Under the pieces are notes generated by a model. That model was not told the DNA's origin and searched no databases. It saw only the letters and a list, made by a program, of their open reading frames with translations. Positions 9,001 to 17,370 of a DNA stretch of 21,266 nucleotides are shown here, piece by piece; within the stretch, counting starts at the first letter, position 1, and the number at the start of each line of letters is the position of its first letter. The position numbers were made by a program, and so were the translations under genes. Origin of the DNA: Candidatus Bathyarchaeia archaeon (lineage in GTDB: Archaea > Thermoproteota > Bathyarchaeia > 40CM-2-53-6). Location: assembly GCA_049517415.1 (NCBI GenBank), contig JBEKSC010000034.1, forward strand, positions 1 to 21,266, written 5' to 3'.

Positions 9001-9525
9001 TCACCGTACACGTTCGCCGGAGGTTCGTTTTGGCGGCGTGACTCCAAGGTTTCGGGCCAGCTTTCGCACTTCTTCCTCGTCTAGCCAGTCAACCTTCAGG
9101 TACTCAAAAATCTCCTTGTCCGACATGCCGAGTCTTCGGGCTTCCTTCACCGCAAGCCTGTAAGCTTCAAGTTCCGTTGGCCGGTCATGGTATTCGAAGT
9201 TTTCATCGAACAGCGCCTTCCCCTCCCTAAACTGTCGAACGTGGACGAGTTCGTGAACTACATCTAGGTACTTGCTCATGGGCTCGCCAGTTCTAAGGTA
9301 GTATGCGCTAACGATCAGGTGGCCGTCTTCGTCGCTGACTCCCATGTAGCCGAATTTTGAACTGAAGAATTCCACCCTCAGCTCAGAAAGAACCTTCTCG
9401 GTCTCTTCTCCGAAGATCTCCCGAATGACTGGAAGTTTCGCGAAACCCTTGAAGTACTCAGAGAAGGAGTGCATGGCTAGAGGCACGTTCCCCGGGATCT
9501 GGACGTCAGGCAGTGGTGACTTCAT
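9001..9525 (-). CDS. HEXXH zincin-like hypothetical protein
   Basis: HELVH followed by ELEAY. Confidence 0.75.
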   Translation of the reverse strand: MKSPLPDVQIPGNVPLAMHSFSEYFKGFAKLPVIREIFGEETEKVLSELRVEFFSSKFGYMGVSDEDGHLIVSAYYLRTGEPMSKYLDVVHELVHVRQFREGKALFDENFEYHDRPTELEAYRLAVKEARRLGMSDKEIFEYLKVDWLDEEEVRKLARNLGVTPPKRTSGERVR

Positions 9526-9735
9526 CGTGGGATCACTCTTACTCCGCGTGTAGCGCTTCTAAGCCTCAGGTATTGAAAGGCATTACGAATACCGTCAATC
9601 GCCCGGCGGGAGGCTTTGTTCGGGTGGATACGTCCCGTCACAAACGTGATAAAGTAACACATTCTCCTTCAGGAAACCCTTTCCGATTGAATTCGTGTCC
9701 AGCAATTTGCACGTCAATGACTTGCTCAGCGACAA

Positions 9736-9939
9736 CTATTTCCTTCGAGCGCCTGATACCAACAATGCCAGGCCAGCAACCAATACCATCGCCCATTCGA
9801 CAATGTATGCCGTGACGAACGAGTAGTCCGTGGCCCCTCGCACCATCATTGCTTGAAGGTTGATGCCGGCACCGTAAACTAGTCCTGTAAGCCCGGCCAA
9901 AGTCAAGAAAACTCCCGCAGCAAGAATTGCTTTATCCAT
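9736..9939 (-). CDS. Small two-TM membrane protein
   Basis: ATG 9939 with GGTGGTGA SD; two hydrophobic stretches and a basic C-terminus. Confidence 0.65.
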   Translation of the reverse strand: MDKAILAAGVFLTLAGLTGLVYGAGINLQAMMVRGATDYSFVTAYIVEWAMVLVAGLALLVSGARRK

Positions 9940-10246
9940 CAACTCACCACCTGAAAGGGTTCGGTGCTCGCTACTTAGCAACTATTTACGGTTACCGTTG
10001 GCCAGTTGCATTTACTCATCATACTTCGCAGGTCGTTTCGTTGTTCTGCAAGGCGGGTTTGAAGGTCATAAAATAGGTCCAGGGTTCAGACTAAGCCATG
10101 AGTCTGGGTTATCGGGTGTGCAAGGAAAGCTGTTCGAGATGGTTGAATTCTTCGTCGCTAAGAGGTATGAAAATTGACACCAAACTGTTTCGAAGAATCA
10201 AGAATCGAGGGGGAATGTACAGAAGGCTGGTAATAGGCTAGTTTCC

Positions 10247-10801
10247 ATGAGCCCGTACAACTGTTTCTACCATCCTAACCTGCCGGCTGTAGCAGTTTGC
10301 AGTCGTTGTGGGCGCGGAACGTGCGCGTCGTGCAGCAAACCCTACGGTGCACTCACCCTATGCCCCAACTGCTTCCACACGATACCACCCCCGCAAATGG
10401 CCCCTGGTATGGTGAACGCATATCCTGCGGGAGCACGACCTGGGTGGTACGGCCCATTCTTCCCATTCAACTTCTTCAGATCACAATGGATGCCTATCAT
10501 TCTAGTCGGCATCGCAGCAGCCTTGATCATCACCAACGGCGTCGCGCTTGCGTCATCAACGTTCTTCTCAGTCTGGAGCTGGTATCTCCCATGGGTCGCA
10601 GCCCTTGGATCCCTTGCTGTGATTCTTGGTGTTATGCTAGGGTTGGTGTTGCTAGGGGCTCTCGTCTTGATGCTGCTCAATTTACGGGTGATGGCTGCAT
10701 TCATGATTTTTCCAACGGCGATCGTTAGCCTGCTGATTGGTGGAGGCTTCATAATCGGCGCCGTTCTAGCAGTACTCGCGGGAATCCTACTATTACTCTG
10801 A
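10247..10801 (+). CDS. B-box-type zinc-finger membrane protein
   Basis: CxxHP...CxxC...CxxC...CxxC, then a Pro-rich linker and several TM helices. Confidence 0.8.
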   Translation: MSPYNCFYHPNLPAVAVCSRCGRGTCASCSKPYGALTLCPNCFHTIPPPQMAPGMVNAYPAGARPGWYGPFFPFNFFRSQWMPIILVGIAAALIITNGVALASSTFFSVWSWYLPWVAALGSLAVILGVMLGLVLLGALVLMLLNLRVMAAFMIFPTAIVSLLIGGGFIIGAVLAVLAGILLLL

Positions 10802-11107
10802 CCTGCAAACCTGGTCCTGTTTCAAACGCCGCTTCTGCGTGAGCTATATCTACTGACTTCGCTCAATTTTCGTCCTTAACTTATCCGCGAGGGTGGTTAT
10901 CTAACACGGTACTGACACATCCGAATATCCGAGGAACCCACGTCATGTAACCTACGAGCAAGCCGATTACAATTCCGGCGAAGGAGCGAGAAGACGGTGA
11001 CAGCACTCAGCTTTACTTCAGTCACAACCGCCGCGGTCGGTACTGCCAGATCAATTCGGGTTATCGCTTTGTTGAGTGAACTTTGGCCTGGTTCATGAGG
11101 TGGCAGG

Positions 11108-11134
11108 GGAGGTGTGGTTTTGCCCTCCTTTTTT
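11108..11134 (+). terminator. Hairpin plus T-tract
   Basis: GGAGG/CCTCC stem followed by TTTTTT. Confidence 0.5.
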
Positions 11135-11171
11135 ATACCAATTCCCGTCACTCCACCACCAGGTGGTACCA

Positions 11172-11675
11172 GTGTCAGAACGTAGGCTGAGATTCAAGAT
11201 TCGGCGCGGCAATTTCGAAGTGGAATTGGAGGGGGACTTTGAATATGTTCAAGCTAAGTTTGAGGAACTCCTGAAATCCCAGCCGACCCTATCGGCTATT
11301 TCTCAACAGGCCGGGTCGGAGCAATCTGTTGATTCAGTTATTCCAGGTGAGGAGCTTGCTGGAATTCTTGAAACAACGCCGGAAGGGAAATTGCATTTCA
11401 CGATTCAGTTCGACCGGATTTCCGCGAAAGAAGCCATCGGCCTGATTCTTTACAGCAGCAATCCCTCACCCCTTGAAGACGCTAAGCTGATCGAATTACT
11501 GGGAACAAGCTGGAAGGCAGTGAAGGACAACGTGGTCCGAGCACGCGTAAGCGAACTGAGGAAGGAGGGGAAGCTCATTGCAGAGCAAGGACGCTACTTA
11601 CTCTCAGGCGCCGGCGTGCAGTGGATAAGTCAAGAAGTCTTACCAAAACTCAGGCCGGCAGCCGCGCAAGCCTGA
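11172..11675 (+). CDS. Hypothetical winged-helix protein (paralog A)
   Basis: GTG start after AGGTGG. N-terminal beta-hairpin/helix, TTPEG, and C-terminal VRARVSELRKEG...YLLSGAG wHTH pattern. Confidence 0.75.
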   Translation: MSERRLRFKIRRGNFEVELEGDFEYVQAKFEELLKSQPTLSAISQQAGSEQSVDSVIPGEELAGILETTPEGKLHFTIQFDRISAKEAIGLILYSSNPSPLEDAKLIELLGTSWKAVKDNVVRARVSELRKEGKLIAEQGRYLLSGAGVQWISQEVLPKLRPAAAQA

Positions 11676-11690
11676 AATGCCTTTTAGTAT

Positions 11691-11723
11691 AAAAAGCACT
11701 AAATATGCTATTAGTACTAATAG
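11691..11723 (+). promoter_or_regulatory. BRE/TATA-like promoter plus perfect 16-bp palindrome
   Basis: AAAAGCACTAAATATG is nearly identical to AAAAGACTAAATATG upstream of rps30e (16606-16620). CTATTAGTACTAATAG lies at 11708-11723. Confidence 0.7.
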
Positions 11724-11729
11724 GACAAT

Positions 11730-12000
11730 GGGCTTCTACCGCCGCCATGGGTCCGGATTGCCTCTAACCCGTAAGAGAGCTACGATCGTTCGCAGCCGAG
11801 AGCGTGGATCCATCCATCAAGGGGTGGTGCCAAACAGTGCCAGGCGAAAGCAATCCTAAGCTGGTTTTACGCCTCGACCTCCTCATACGAAGCGGCCTAC
11901 AGGCCCAGACCATATCGAGGGGAGTATCCCTCAGCGAACAAATCTTGATGATCTGCGCGTAGGTCCCATGAGCGGAGAGTTACCGTTCCTTGGCACTGGC
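11730..12000 (+). ncRNA. Candidate structured non-coding RNA, family unrecognised
   Basis: Nested helices, a multi-way junction and a possible pseudoknot (see findings). It has its own promoter and no credible ORF. Confidence 0.6.
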
Positions 12001-12066
12001 CTGCAGCTCCGAGCAACTCGTGATCCTAATCGACCCTCCACAATTGAAAAAGCGTTCTTGAGGCCC

Positions 12067-12342
12067 TTATAGTTTCGAATTCGGTTTCGTGGTCTGTTGT
12101 TGTTCAAGCCAACGTAGCCGTTGAATTCCCCGTTCGGTAAGCGCGTAAATGAAGGTCCCGCCCGTTCTTTCACGCTTCAACAGCCCTTGCTTGTGGTAAC
12201 GCATCAACGCCATCCTAAGCGCGTGAATATCTAATGTGATTTCCTTGCTTTCTGCGATCGTGGTTGCAAGGGAGCTACTATCCGTTGGGCCCGTCTTCGA
12301 AAGCAACCGCAGTATTCGCAGTTTCAATACGTTATAGTCCAA
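12067..12342 (-). CDS. Small winged-helix (PadR-like) protein
   Basis: ILRLL...ALRMALMRYHKQGLLKR...YALTERG. Start is TTG 12342 or 12357; the upstream extension in the ORF track looks non-coding. Confidence 0.78.
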   Translation of the reverse strand: MDYNVLKLRILRLLSKTGPTDSSSLATTIAESKEITLDIHALRMALMRYHKQGLLKRERTGGTFIYALTERGIQRLRWLEQQQTTKPNSKL

Positions 12343-12427
12343 GCCTGAACCCCACAATGTGCAGAGTTTAGCTTTAAAATGTTCGAAAAAGAGCCTGAGC
12401 ACGTCAGATTTTGCCAGAACCGAAGCC

Positions 12428-12516
12428 GAGTAACACCTAGCAGAACCCTCATTTCTGTCATCATCTTGCTCGACATCGCACAAAAACGCATTCTGGATGA
12501 GAGTAACACCTAGCAG
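12428..12516. repeat. 16-bp direct repeat pair GAGTAACACCTAGCAG
   Basis: Exact copies at 12428-12443 and 12501-12516 in a divergent intergenic region, each followed by TCATTT. Confidence 0.9.
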
Positions 12517-12576
12517 GTTCATTTTGCACTTCAAAGCTTTTATACAGTGTAGGAGTAAATGTGAAGTGAAAGTAAT

Positions 12577-13104
12577 TTGTCGGAAGGACAACAAAGGCTC
12601 ACAAGCATAGGACTGCCTCTAGAAGTCACCATCAAATACGGAACCCTCGAGAAGAAGGCCACCGGTCCACCGGAGCAAGTAGCGAAAGAAGTTTTCACAT
12701 TCTTAACCAAAGTAATCCCCGAACTTGAGCTCGCCTCCCACTTGGCTCTATCTGTTGACCTAAGCGACCTCGCGAAAGCCTGCGAAGGTGTTCTCGCAAT
12801 AACCCCCGAAGGCGTCGTCGTAACCGTTCCAGTTGACAAATTGGCTGACCGCGAACTCATGCTCCTCCACCTGGCCAAGGCGCGAATCGCGCAGATGCTC
12901 GGAAAGTCGGACAAAGATTTCGTTCAATCGGCAGATTTGATCGCCTCGAGCAAGAAGACTGCCGGCACAGTAGCAGGCCGCTTGAGTGAGCTTTGCGGCG
13001 AAAGCCTAGCCGAAAGGAAGGGAAAAGGGGAGTATAGAGCCACCACGCTTGGCCTACATATGTTCCGAACACAAATCCTTCCCAAACTGAAACAGAAACA
13101 ATAG
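12577..13104 (+). CDS. Hypothetical winged-helix protein (paralog B)
   Basis: ITPEG and C-terminal TVAGRLSEL...GEYRATTLG. Confidence 0.8.
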   Translation: MSEGQQRLTSIGLPLEVTIKYGTLEKKATGPPEQVAKEVFTFLTKVIPELELASHLALSVDLSDLAKACEGVLAITPEGVVVTVPVDKLADRELMLLHLAKARIAQMLGKSDKDFVQSADLIASSKKTAGTVAGRLSELCGESLAERKGKGEYRATTLGLHMFRTQILPKLKQKQ

Positions 13105-13117
13105 GGAACGACAAGCC

Positions 13118-13633
13118 ATGACGCAAACCGAAACCATGCAAGTCAAAGTCCAGATTGAAGTAAACGGCATGCGTTACGAAGGAAATGGTTCCGTTCAAGA
13201 AATTGTTCCACAGATTTTACAATTCCTTTCCCAAGCAGTTCCAGCGTACGACCTCGCTAGAAAATTGGTTTACGTACCCGACCTGGCTGGTTTGGCGGAC
13301 AAAATCTCGGAATTCGCCAAGATGACCAACAGCGGCCAGCTCTTGTTAGCGAACAGGGATCTGCCAGCCGAGAGAGCAATTTCGATTCTTCTATTCATGG
13401 GTCATTTGGCGAGTAAGATGGGTAAACGGGAGGCCGATTCGCTTAGCATTGAAGAAATCGCCGCCGGGGTAGGCAAAGCGCCCAAGACGATTAGGAATGT
13501 CATAGTGGAACTTCAGAAGTCCGGACTCATCGATCGAGCGGAGAGGGGAAGATATCAAATTACCCTGAAAGGGTTGATGGATCTTGAGAGCTCTCTTTCC
13601 AGCGTTTCCAAGGAAGGAGGTACCTCACACTAG
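13118..13633 (+). CDS. Hypothetical winged-helix protein (paralog C)
   Basis: LSIEEIAAGVG-KAPKTIRNVIVELQKSGLI...GRYQITLKG. Confidence 0.85.
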   Translation: MTQTETMQVKVQIEVNGMRYEGNGSVQEIVPQILQFLSQAVPAYDLARKLVYVPDLAGLADKISEFAKMTNSGQLLLANRDLPAERAISILLFMGHLASKMGKREADSLSIEEIAAGVGKAPKTIRNVIVELQKSGLIDRAERGRYQITLKGLMDLESSLSSVSKEGGTSH

Positions 13634-13644
13634 CGGGGTAGCTT

Positions 13645-13722
13645 ATGCCGTTACCCATAACGGAGTGGTGCGGCGGCTGCGTGAGATTCGGGGGAATCCC
13701 ATCGCATAGGGGGCAAGAGTGA
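13645..13722 (+). CDS. 25-aa CxxC micro-ORF (MPLPITEWCGGCVRFGGIPSHRGQE)
   Basis: GGGGT SD and ATG start. It fills the operon gap and its stop ends 1 nt before the nurA ATG. Confidence 0.5.
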   Translation: MPLPITEWCGGCVRFGGIPSHRGQE

Positions 13723-13723
13723 A

Positions 13724-14839
13724 ATGAACCGCCGCACCCACCCAACCTCAAATGCACAACAGCGGATAAGTAATTTTCTCTACGCGGAGGACTCACTCAG
13801 CGGAGCAATCCCCGAGCGCTTCGTCGAATTTTGCCGACAATCAATTGAAGGCATAAGGGGCGACTTACTCTACACAAACCCCGTCCTTTCCCCTGACCTA
13901 ACCGGTACAGAGTTCGACGGTGCCGAAGCCACCACGCTCGAATTAGGTGCATTCGACGACGAACGGCTTGTCCCACTGGAACCAATCTCTTCCAGTAAAC
14001 CAGTCGTTGCGGTTGACACCTCCACCATTAAGCTCGGTGAATTAGCCGACGGTGCGCTCTGCGCTGTAAGGGGCGCCCTCGTCATACTCGAGGACAAACG
14101 CTACAGGTACGTAAGATACGGGCCCCTCGTCTTCTCGATCGGTTACAACAAGCTCGCCGCCTCACAAGAGTTCGCAGCACTGGGGTTGCCACCATTCACC
14201 GGTGAACCAAACGTCGACAGCCTCCTAAAGCGAATACGAAACGTTCTCGAACGGTGGTTGCAGTTCAACGCTAGTTCATCAATTGCCGGTGGCTTCATCC
14301 TGCTTGACGGATCGCTTACAGCCGGGACGCCTGACAATCCATCGAAGGACCTCGAACGGATTCTCGAAACCGCCCGGCGAGGTGGAAGTGCAGTAATAGC
14401 AATTTCCAAGAAAACGAAGCTGCGAATCAACAATCAGTCTCTAACTGAACTTCTCGAGAACCAGTCCGACCCCTGCATATTGGAGGTTGACGAACAGGTC
14501 ACTGATCAATTTCCCCCGTACCCAGTACGCTTCCTTGGGCGTGTCTTTGTTGGAAAACTCGCGAGGGCAGGCTTTCCGTTTAGAATCGATGTGGACCGGG
14601 AAATCTCTATGCCCGACACTATGAAAGGATTTCGCGAACTAGCAGGCACCGACATCGTTGACCAAGGCTACCCGGAAACCCTCAGGATGGCCCACATACT
14701 TTCAACTTTCACAGCCAGCGATGTCTTGGCAATGCAAGCCTTCGCGGCAGCCCGTTATGGGGTTCAGCTTTTGCCGAAACTGGCCTTGCGCCGGTCGCTT
14801 TTCGGTCCATTCGGTACCGCTTGGGAGGCTTGGCATTGA
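13724..14839 (+). CDS. nurA: NurA-family nuclease
   Basis: VVAVDTS, ILLDGSL, AISK and GYPETLRMAH motifs. Confidence 0.88.
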   Translation: MNRRTHPTSNAQQRISNFLYAEDSLSGAIPERFVEFCRQSIEGIRGDLLYTNPVLSPDLTGTEFDGAEATTLELGAFDDERLVPLEPISSSKPVVAVDTSTIKLGELADGALCAVRGALVILEDKRYRYVRYGPLVFSIGYNKLAASQEFAALGLPPFTGEPNVDSLLKRIRNVLERWLQFNASSSIAGGFILLDGSLTAGTPDNPSKDLERILETARRGGSAVIAISKKTKLRINNQSLTELLENQSDPCILEVDEQVTDQFPPYPVRFLGRVFVGKLARAGFPFRIDVDREISMPDTMKGFRELAGTDIVDQGYPETLRMAHILSTFTASDVLAMQAFAAARYGVQLLPKLALRRSLFGPFGTAWEAWH

Positions 14840-16293
14840 AGATCCTCCGCAAAGAAGGCGACGACATACAACTTCTCTGCTTCCCAGAGGAGGAAGTGGA
14901 GAAGGGCGACTACCTACTCATCACCGACAAAATCAAAGAACGCTCGCTAATCGTCCAGATAATTGACATTCAATACGCAAACATCCCGGGAATTCTCGAA
15001 GACCTTCTCCGTGACGGCATATCCGAAGGGTCACTGACGGGCGACGAGGTTGACCCTTTCAAAGTCTCCTCCCAAATCACGGTTCTCAAGGATACGAGGT
15101 TACTTCTCGGAAAGATACGAGGAGCCATTGAAGAAGGCCGAATGAGTCGGGATGTCTCATGGCTTCCTTCGAGAAACCACTCCCAGATCGAAGTGCTGCC
15201 GCCAAGATTCCTCACCGAGGCGCTCACAGCGAAACACGCTTTCGAACTAGGTTCCATGCGGCGTTTCCACCACATATCCTCAGACCTAAGCGCTCTGGAC
15301 GGGCGGCTCAACATCGTCACCGGCCGGAAAGGAACGGGGAAATCTCACCTCACCAAGCTCCTCGTAACCAGCCTCGTGCAAGAAGGCGCCCCAGTAGTCG
15401 TCCTCGATGTCAACGGCGAGTATGTCAACCTGGGCCAGACCCCCGACGGCCGCCAGATGCACCTATCACCGAAGATAATCTCACTCATCCCCGGCCTCAA
15501 CCTAAGGTTCAGCCTGAGCCAAGTCGGCCTGAGCACTCTACTCGGGACGCTAACCTACGCGCTCTCATTGCCCGAGAATTCCGCCCGGGTCTTCGCTCGC
15601 ATTTGGCATGAGCTCGAAGAACAGAATCAACTCACAATGTCCGGCTTAGGTGCGGCGATCGCTAACTTCGACTGCCATGAGAGCATTAAAGACGCCCTTC
15701 AAGCGAGGTTCAACACTCTTGACGACTCCGGCATCTTCACGGACGACCCTAGGACAGCACTCAACCTTGAAGATGTCTTCAGAAATCATGTCACTGGCTG
15801 CGCGCTAATCGTTAACATGAAGAACCAATACGCAGCACTCCGCAGGATGACCGTCGAACTGCTCATTAGTAAGCTCACGGACCTCCTATCAACCCAAAAG
15901 CTGCGAGCACTATTCCTATTTGCCGAAGAAGCACACCTCTACCTACGGGATACATACTGGGATGACGCGGTCACACGAATGCGGCACCTAGGCCTATTCA
16001 CTACTTTCGTCACAAACCAGCCTGACACAATTCAGGCCAGCATTTACCGCCAAGCTGACAACATTTTCCTCTTCAACTTCAGCAACGAACATGATTTGGA
16101 AATAGTATCAAAGGTCGCAAAGGTCGATGCGGACACGATAAGAATGATTGTACGCGACCTACCGCCACGCCGCTGCCTAATCATTGGCGATGTTGTTGCT
16201 AACTTTCCACTAGTCGTGAACATTAGGCCGCTAGAGGTCCAAACGCTTGGCGCGACGCGTTACTTCTTCGAACAACAATTCGCCCTAGCCTAA
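14836..16293 (+). CDS. herA: HerA-family ATPase/helicase
   Basis: N-terminal HAS-barrel-like region, Walker A GRKGTGKS, LDVNGEY and Walker B AEEAH. The TTG start overlaps the nurA stop. Confidence 0.9.
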   Translation: MKILRKEGDDIQLLCFPEEEVEKGDYLLITDKIKERSLIVQIIDIQYANIPGILEDLLRDGISEGSLTGDEVDPFKVSSQITVLKDTRLLLGKIRGAIEEGRMSRDVSWLPSRNHSQIEVLPPRFLTEALTAKHAFELGSMRRFHHISSDLSALDGRLNIVTGRKGTGKSHLTKLLVTSLVQEGAPVVVLDVNGEYVNLGQTPDGRQMHLSPKIISLIPGLNLRFSLSQVGLSTLLGTLTYALSLPENSARVFARIWHELEEQNQLTMSGLGAAIANFDCHESIKDALQARFNTLDDSGIFTDDPRTALNLEDVFRNHVTGCALIVNMKNQYAALRRMTVELLISKLTDLLSTQKLRALFLFAEEAHLYLRDTYWDDAVTRMRHLGLFTTFVTNQPDTIQASIYRQADNIFLFNFSNEHDLEIVSKVAKVDADTIRMIVRDLPPRRCLIIGDVVANFPLVVNIRPLEVQTLGATRYFFEQQFALA

Positions 16294-16661
16294 ACCCCAC
16301 CCGCGAGAACTACGAAGCTATGGCAACAACCTGTTCAGGCGAAGATCGCTGCTCGTGTCCATGGGTTGTAGCGTGGAAGAAGCAGTACGCATGGCCGCAT
16401 TCAGAACAAGTCCAATTCGCGGGGCTCACACAGACAAAGGAAAAACAACGACTCAAGCCTACACCTTACTTATCGAACCGCTCGCCAGATCGAATATAAG
16501 AGTTGCCGGAATCGTCGCAGACAGGTGCAACCACAGTTCGCAAAACCAACCATGAGCATGGAACCTTTTCCACGATGCGTTGGCGCTAACACTGTCCTTC
16601 CCCTGAAAAGACTAAATATGATGGCAGCCCTCTTCGTGCCAGAACAGCGGAGGTGTAAGAG

Positions 16662-16835
16662 TTACCAACTCACGGATCGTTAACTAAAGCTGGGAAAGTT
16701 CGTTCCCAAACGCCGAAGGTTCAAGCCCGCGAACGCCACTCCCCGATTCCAAAGATCAGGGTAAGGCGGAATTCCGAGAAACGCTTCGACCTAGGCCGCA
16801 AGCCAGGTCAAAATTACTTGCGGACCCCGAGATAA
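16662..16835 (+). CDS. rps30e: 30S ribosomal protein S30e
   Basis: PTHGSLTKAGKVRSQTPKV...RKPGQN with GGAGGTG SD; the start position is TTA. Confidence 0.95.
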   Translation, partial: LPTHGSLTKAGKVRSQTPKVQARERHSPIPKIRVRRNSEKRFDLGRKPGQNYLRTPR

Positions 16836-17337
16836 TAGTTGTCGCCGTTCTCCTCACGATCGGACTAGTTAGGAGGAGAGTTCGCTGGGTTTAGCGAGTG
16901 GGGTGGAGAAGTCTTCGAAGGCGTCCCGATGGCTAGAGCAGGAAGCTCATTAACTTCTTGAATCTAGACATTTTCTTCTGATACGCCCCGAGGGACATGA
17001 TTTCCTCGAGGTCATCCCGCTTGCTCATTTACCCACACTACGAGTAGTGAATGAACGGTATGTGAATAAAAGTAATCGTATGATTTCCAACCTGTCGAAA
17101 GTATTACTCCCAAACACACTTGGAAAAGTGGCAAAAATTTTGAGGGCTCAAAACTTCGAAAAGACTCTTGATTGTGCATGATTACGGCGAAAGAACTCAA
17201 CCTTACCTGACTTAGATAACACCCCTTATAGGCCACCATCAACGGTGCACCCTCCTCAAGCCTCGGTAAACTTTCCTTCTCCATGTAATCTGCTGTTTTG
17301 ACCCTCGAGTAAAGACAAAACGTAGTGGGGTAGATCG

Positions 17338-17370
17338 TGGCGGGGCCGGTGGGATTTGAACCCACGACCT
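17338..17370 (-). pseudogene. tRNA 3' fragment (variable loop, T arm, acceptor strand, CCA); att-like remnant
   Basis: AGGTC-GTGGG-TTCAAAT-CCCAC-CGGCCCC-G-CCA with no anticodon arm or 5' half nearby. Confidence 0.85.

Noticed and set aside
10098..10232. 44-aa ATG ORF upstream of the B-box gene
   Set aside because: No recognisable motif or clear SD.
11970..11988. Group II intron domain V-like hairpin GAGCGG...CCGTTC
   Set aside because: Too short for domain V, it competes with the closing helix, and there is no GTGCG 5' end or intron-encoded protein.
11730..12000. RNase P RNA or SRP RNA
   Set aside because: There is no proper GAGGAA..UCC/ACAGAA..GCUUA P4 pair and no complete SRP helix 8 motif on either strand; only partial look-alikes.
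12428..12516. CRISPR mini-array or ORB origin boxes
   Set aside because: Only two 16-bp units, no cas genes, no ORB-like G-string and no cdc6 nearby.
225..15611. Numerous antisense and alternate-frame ORFs overlapping the called genes
   Set aside because: Shadow ORFs of well-supported genes with no independent motifs.
16355..17365. ORF-track entries 16355-16555 and 17012-17365
   Set aside because: No motifs; the second starts inside the tRNA fragment.
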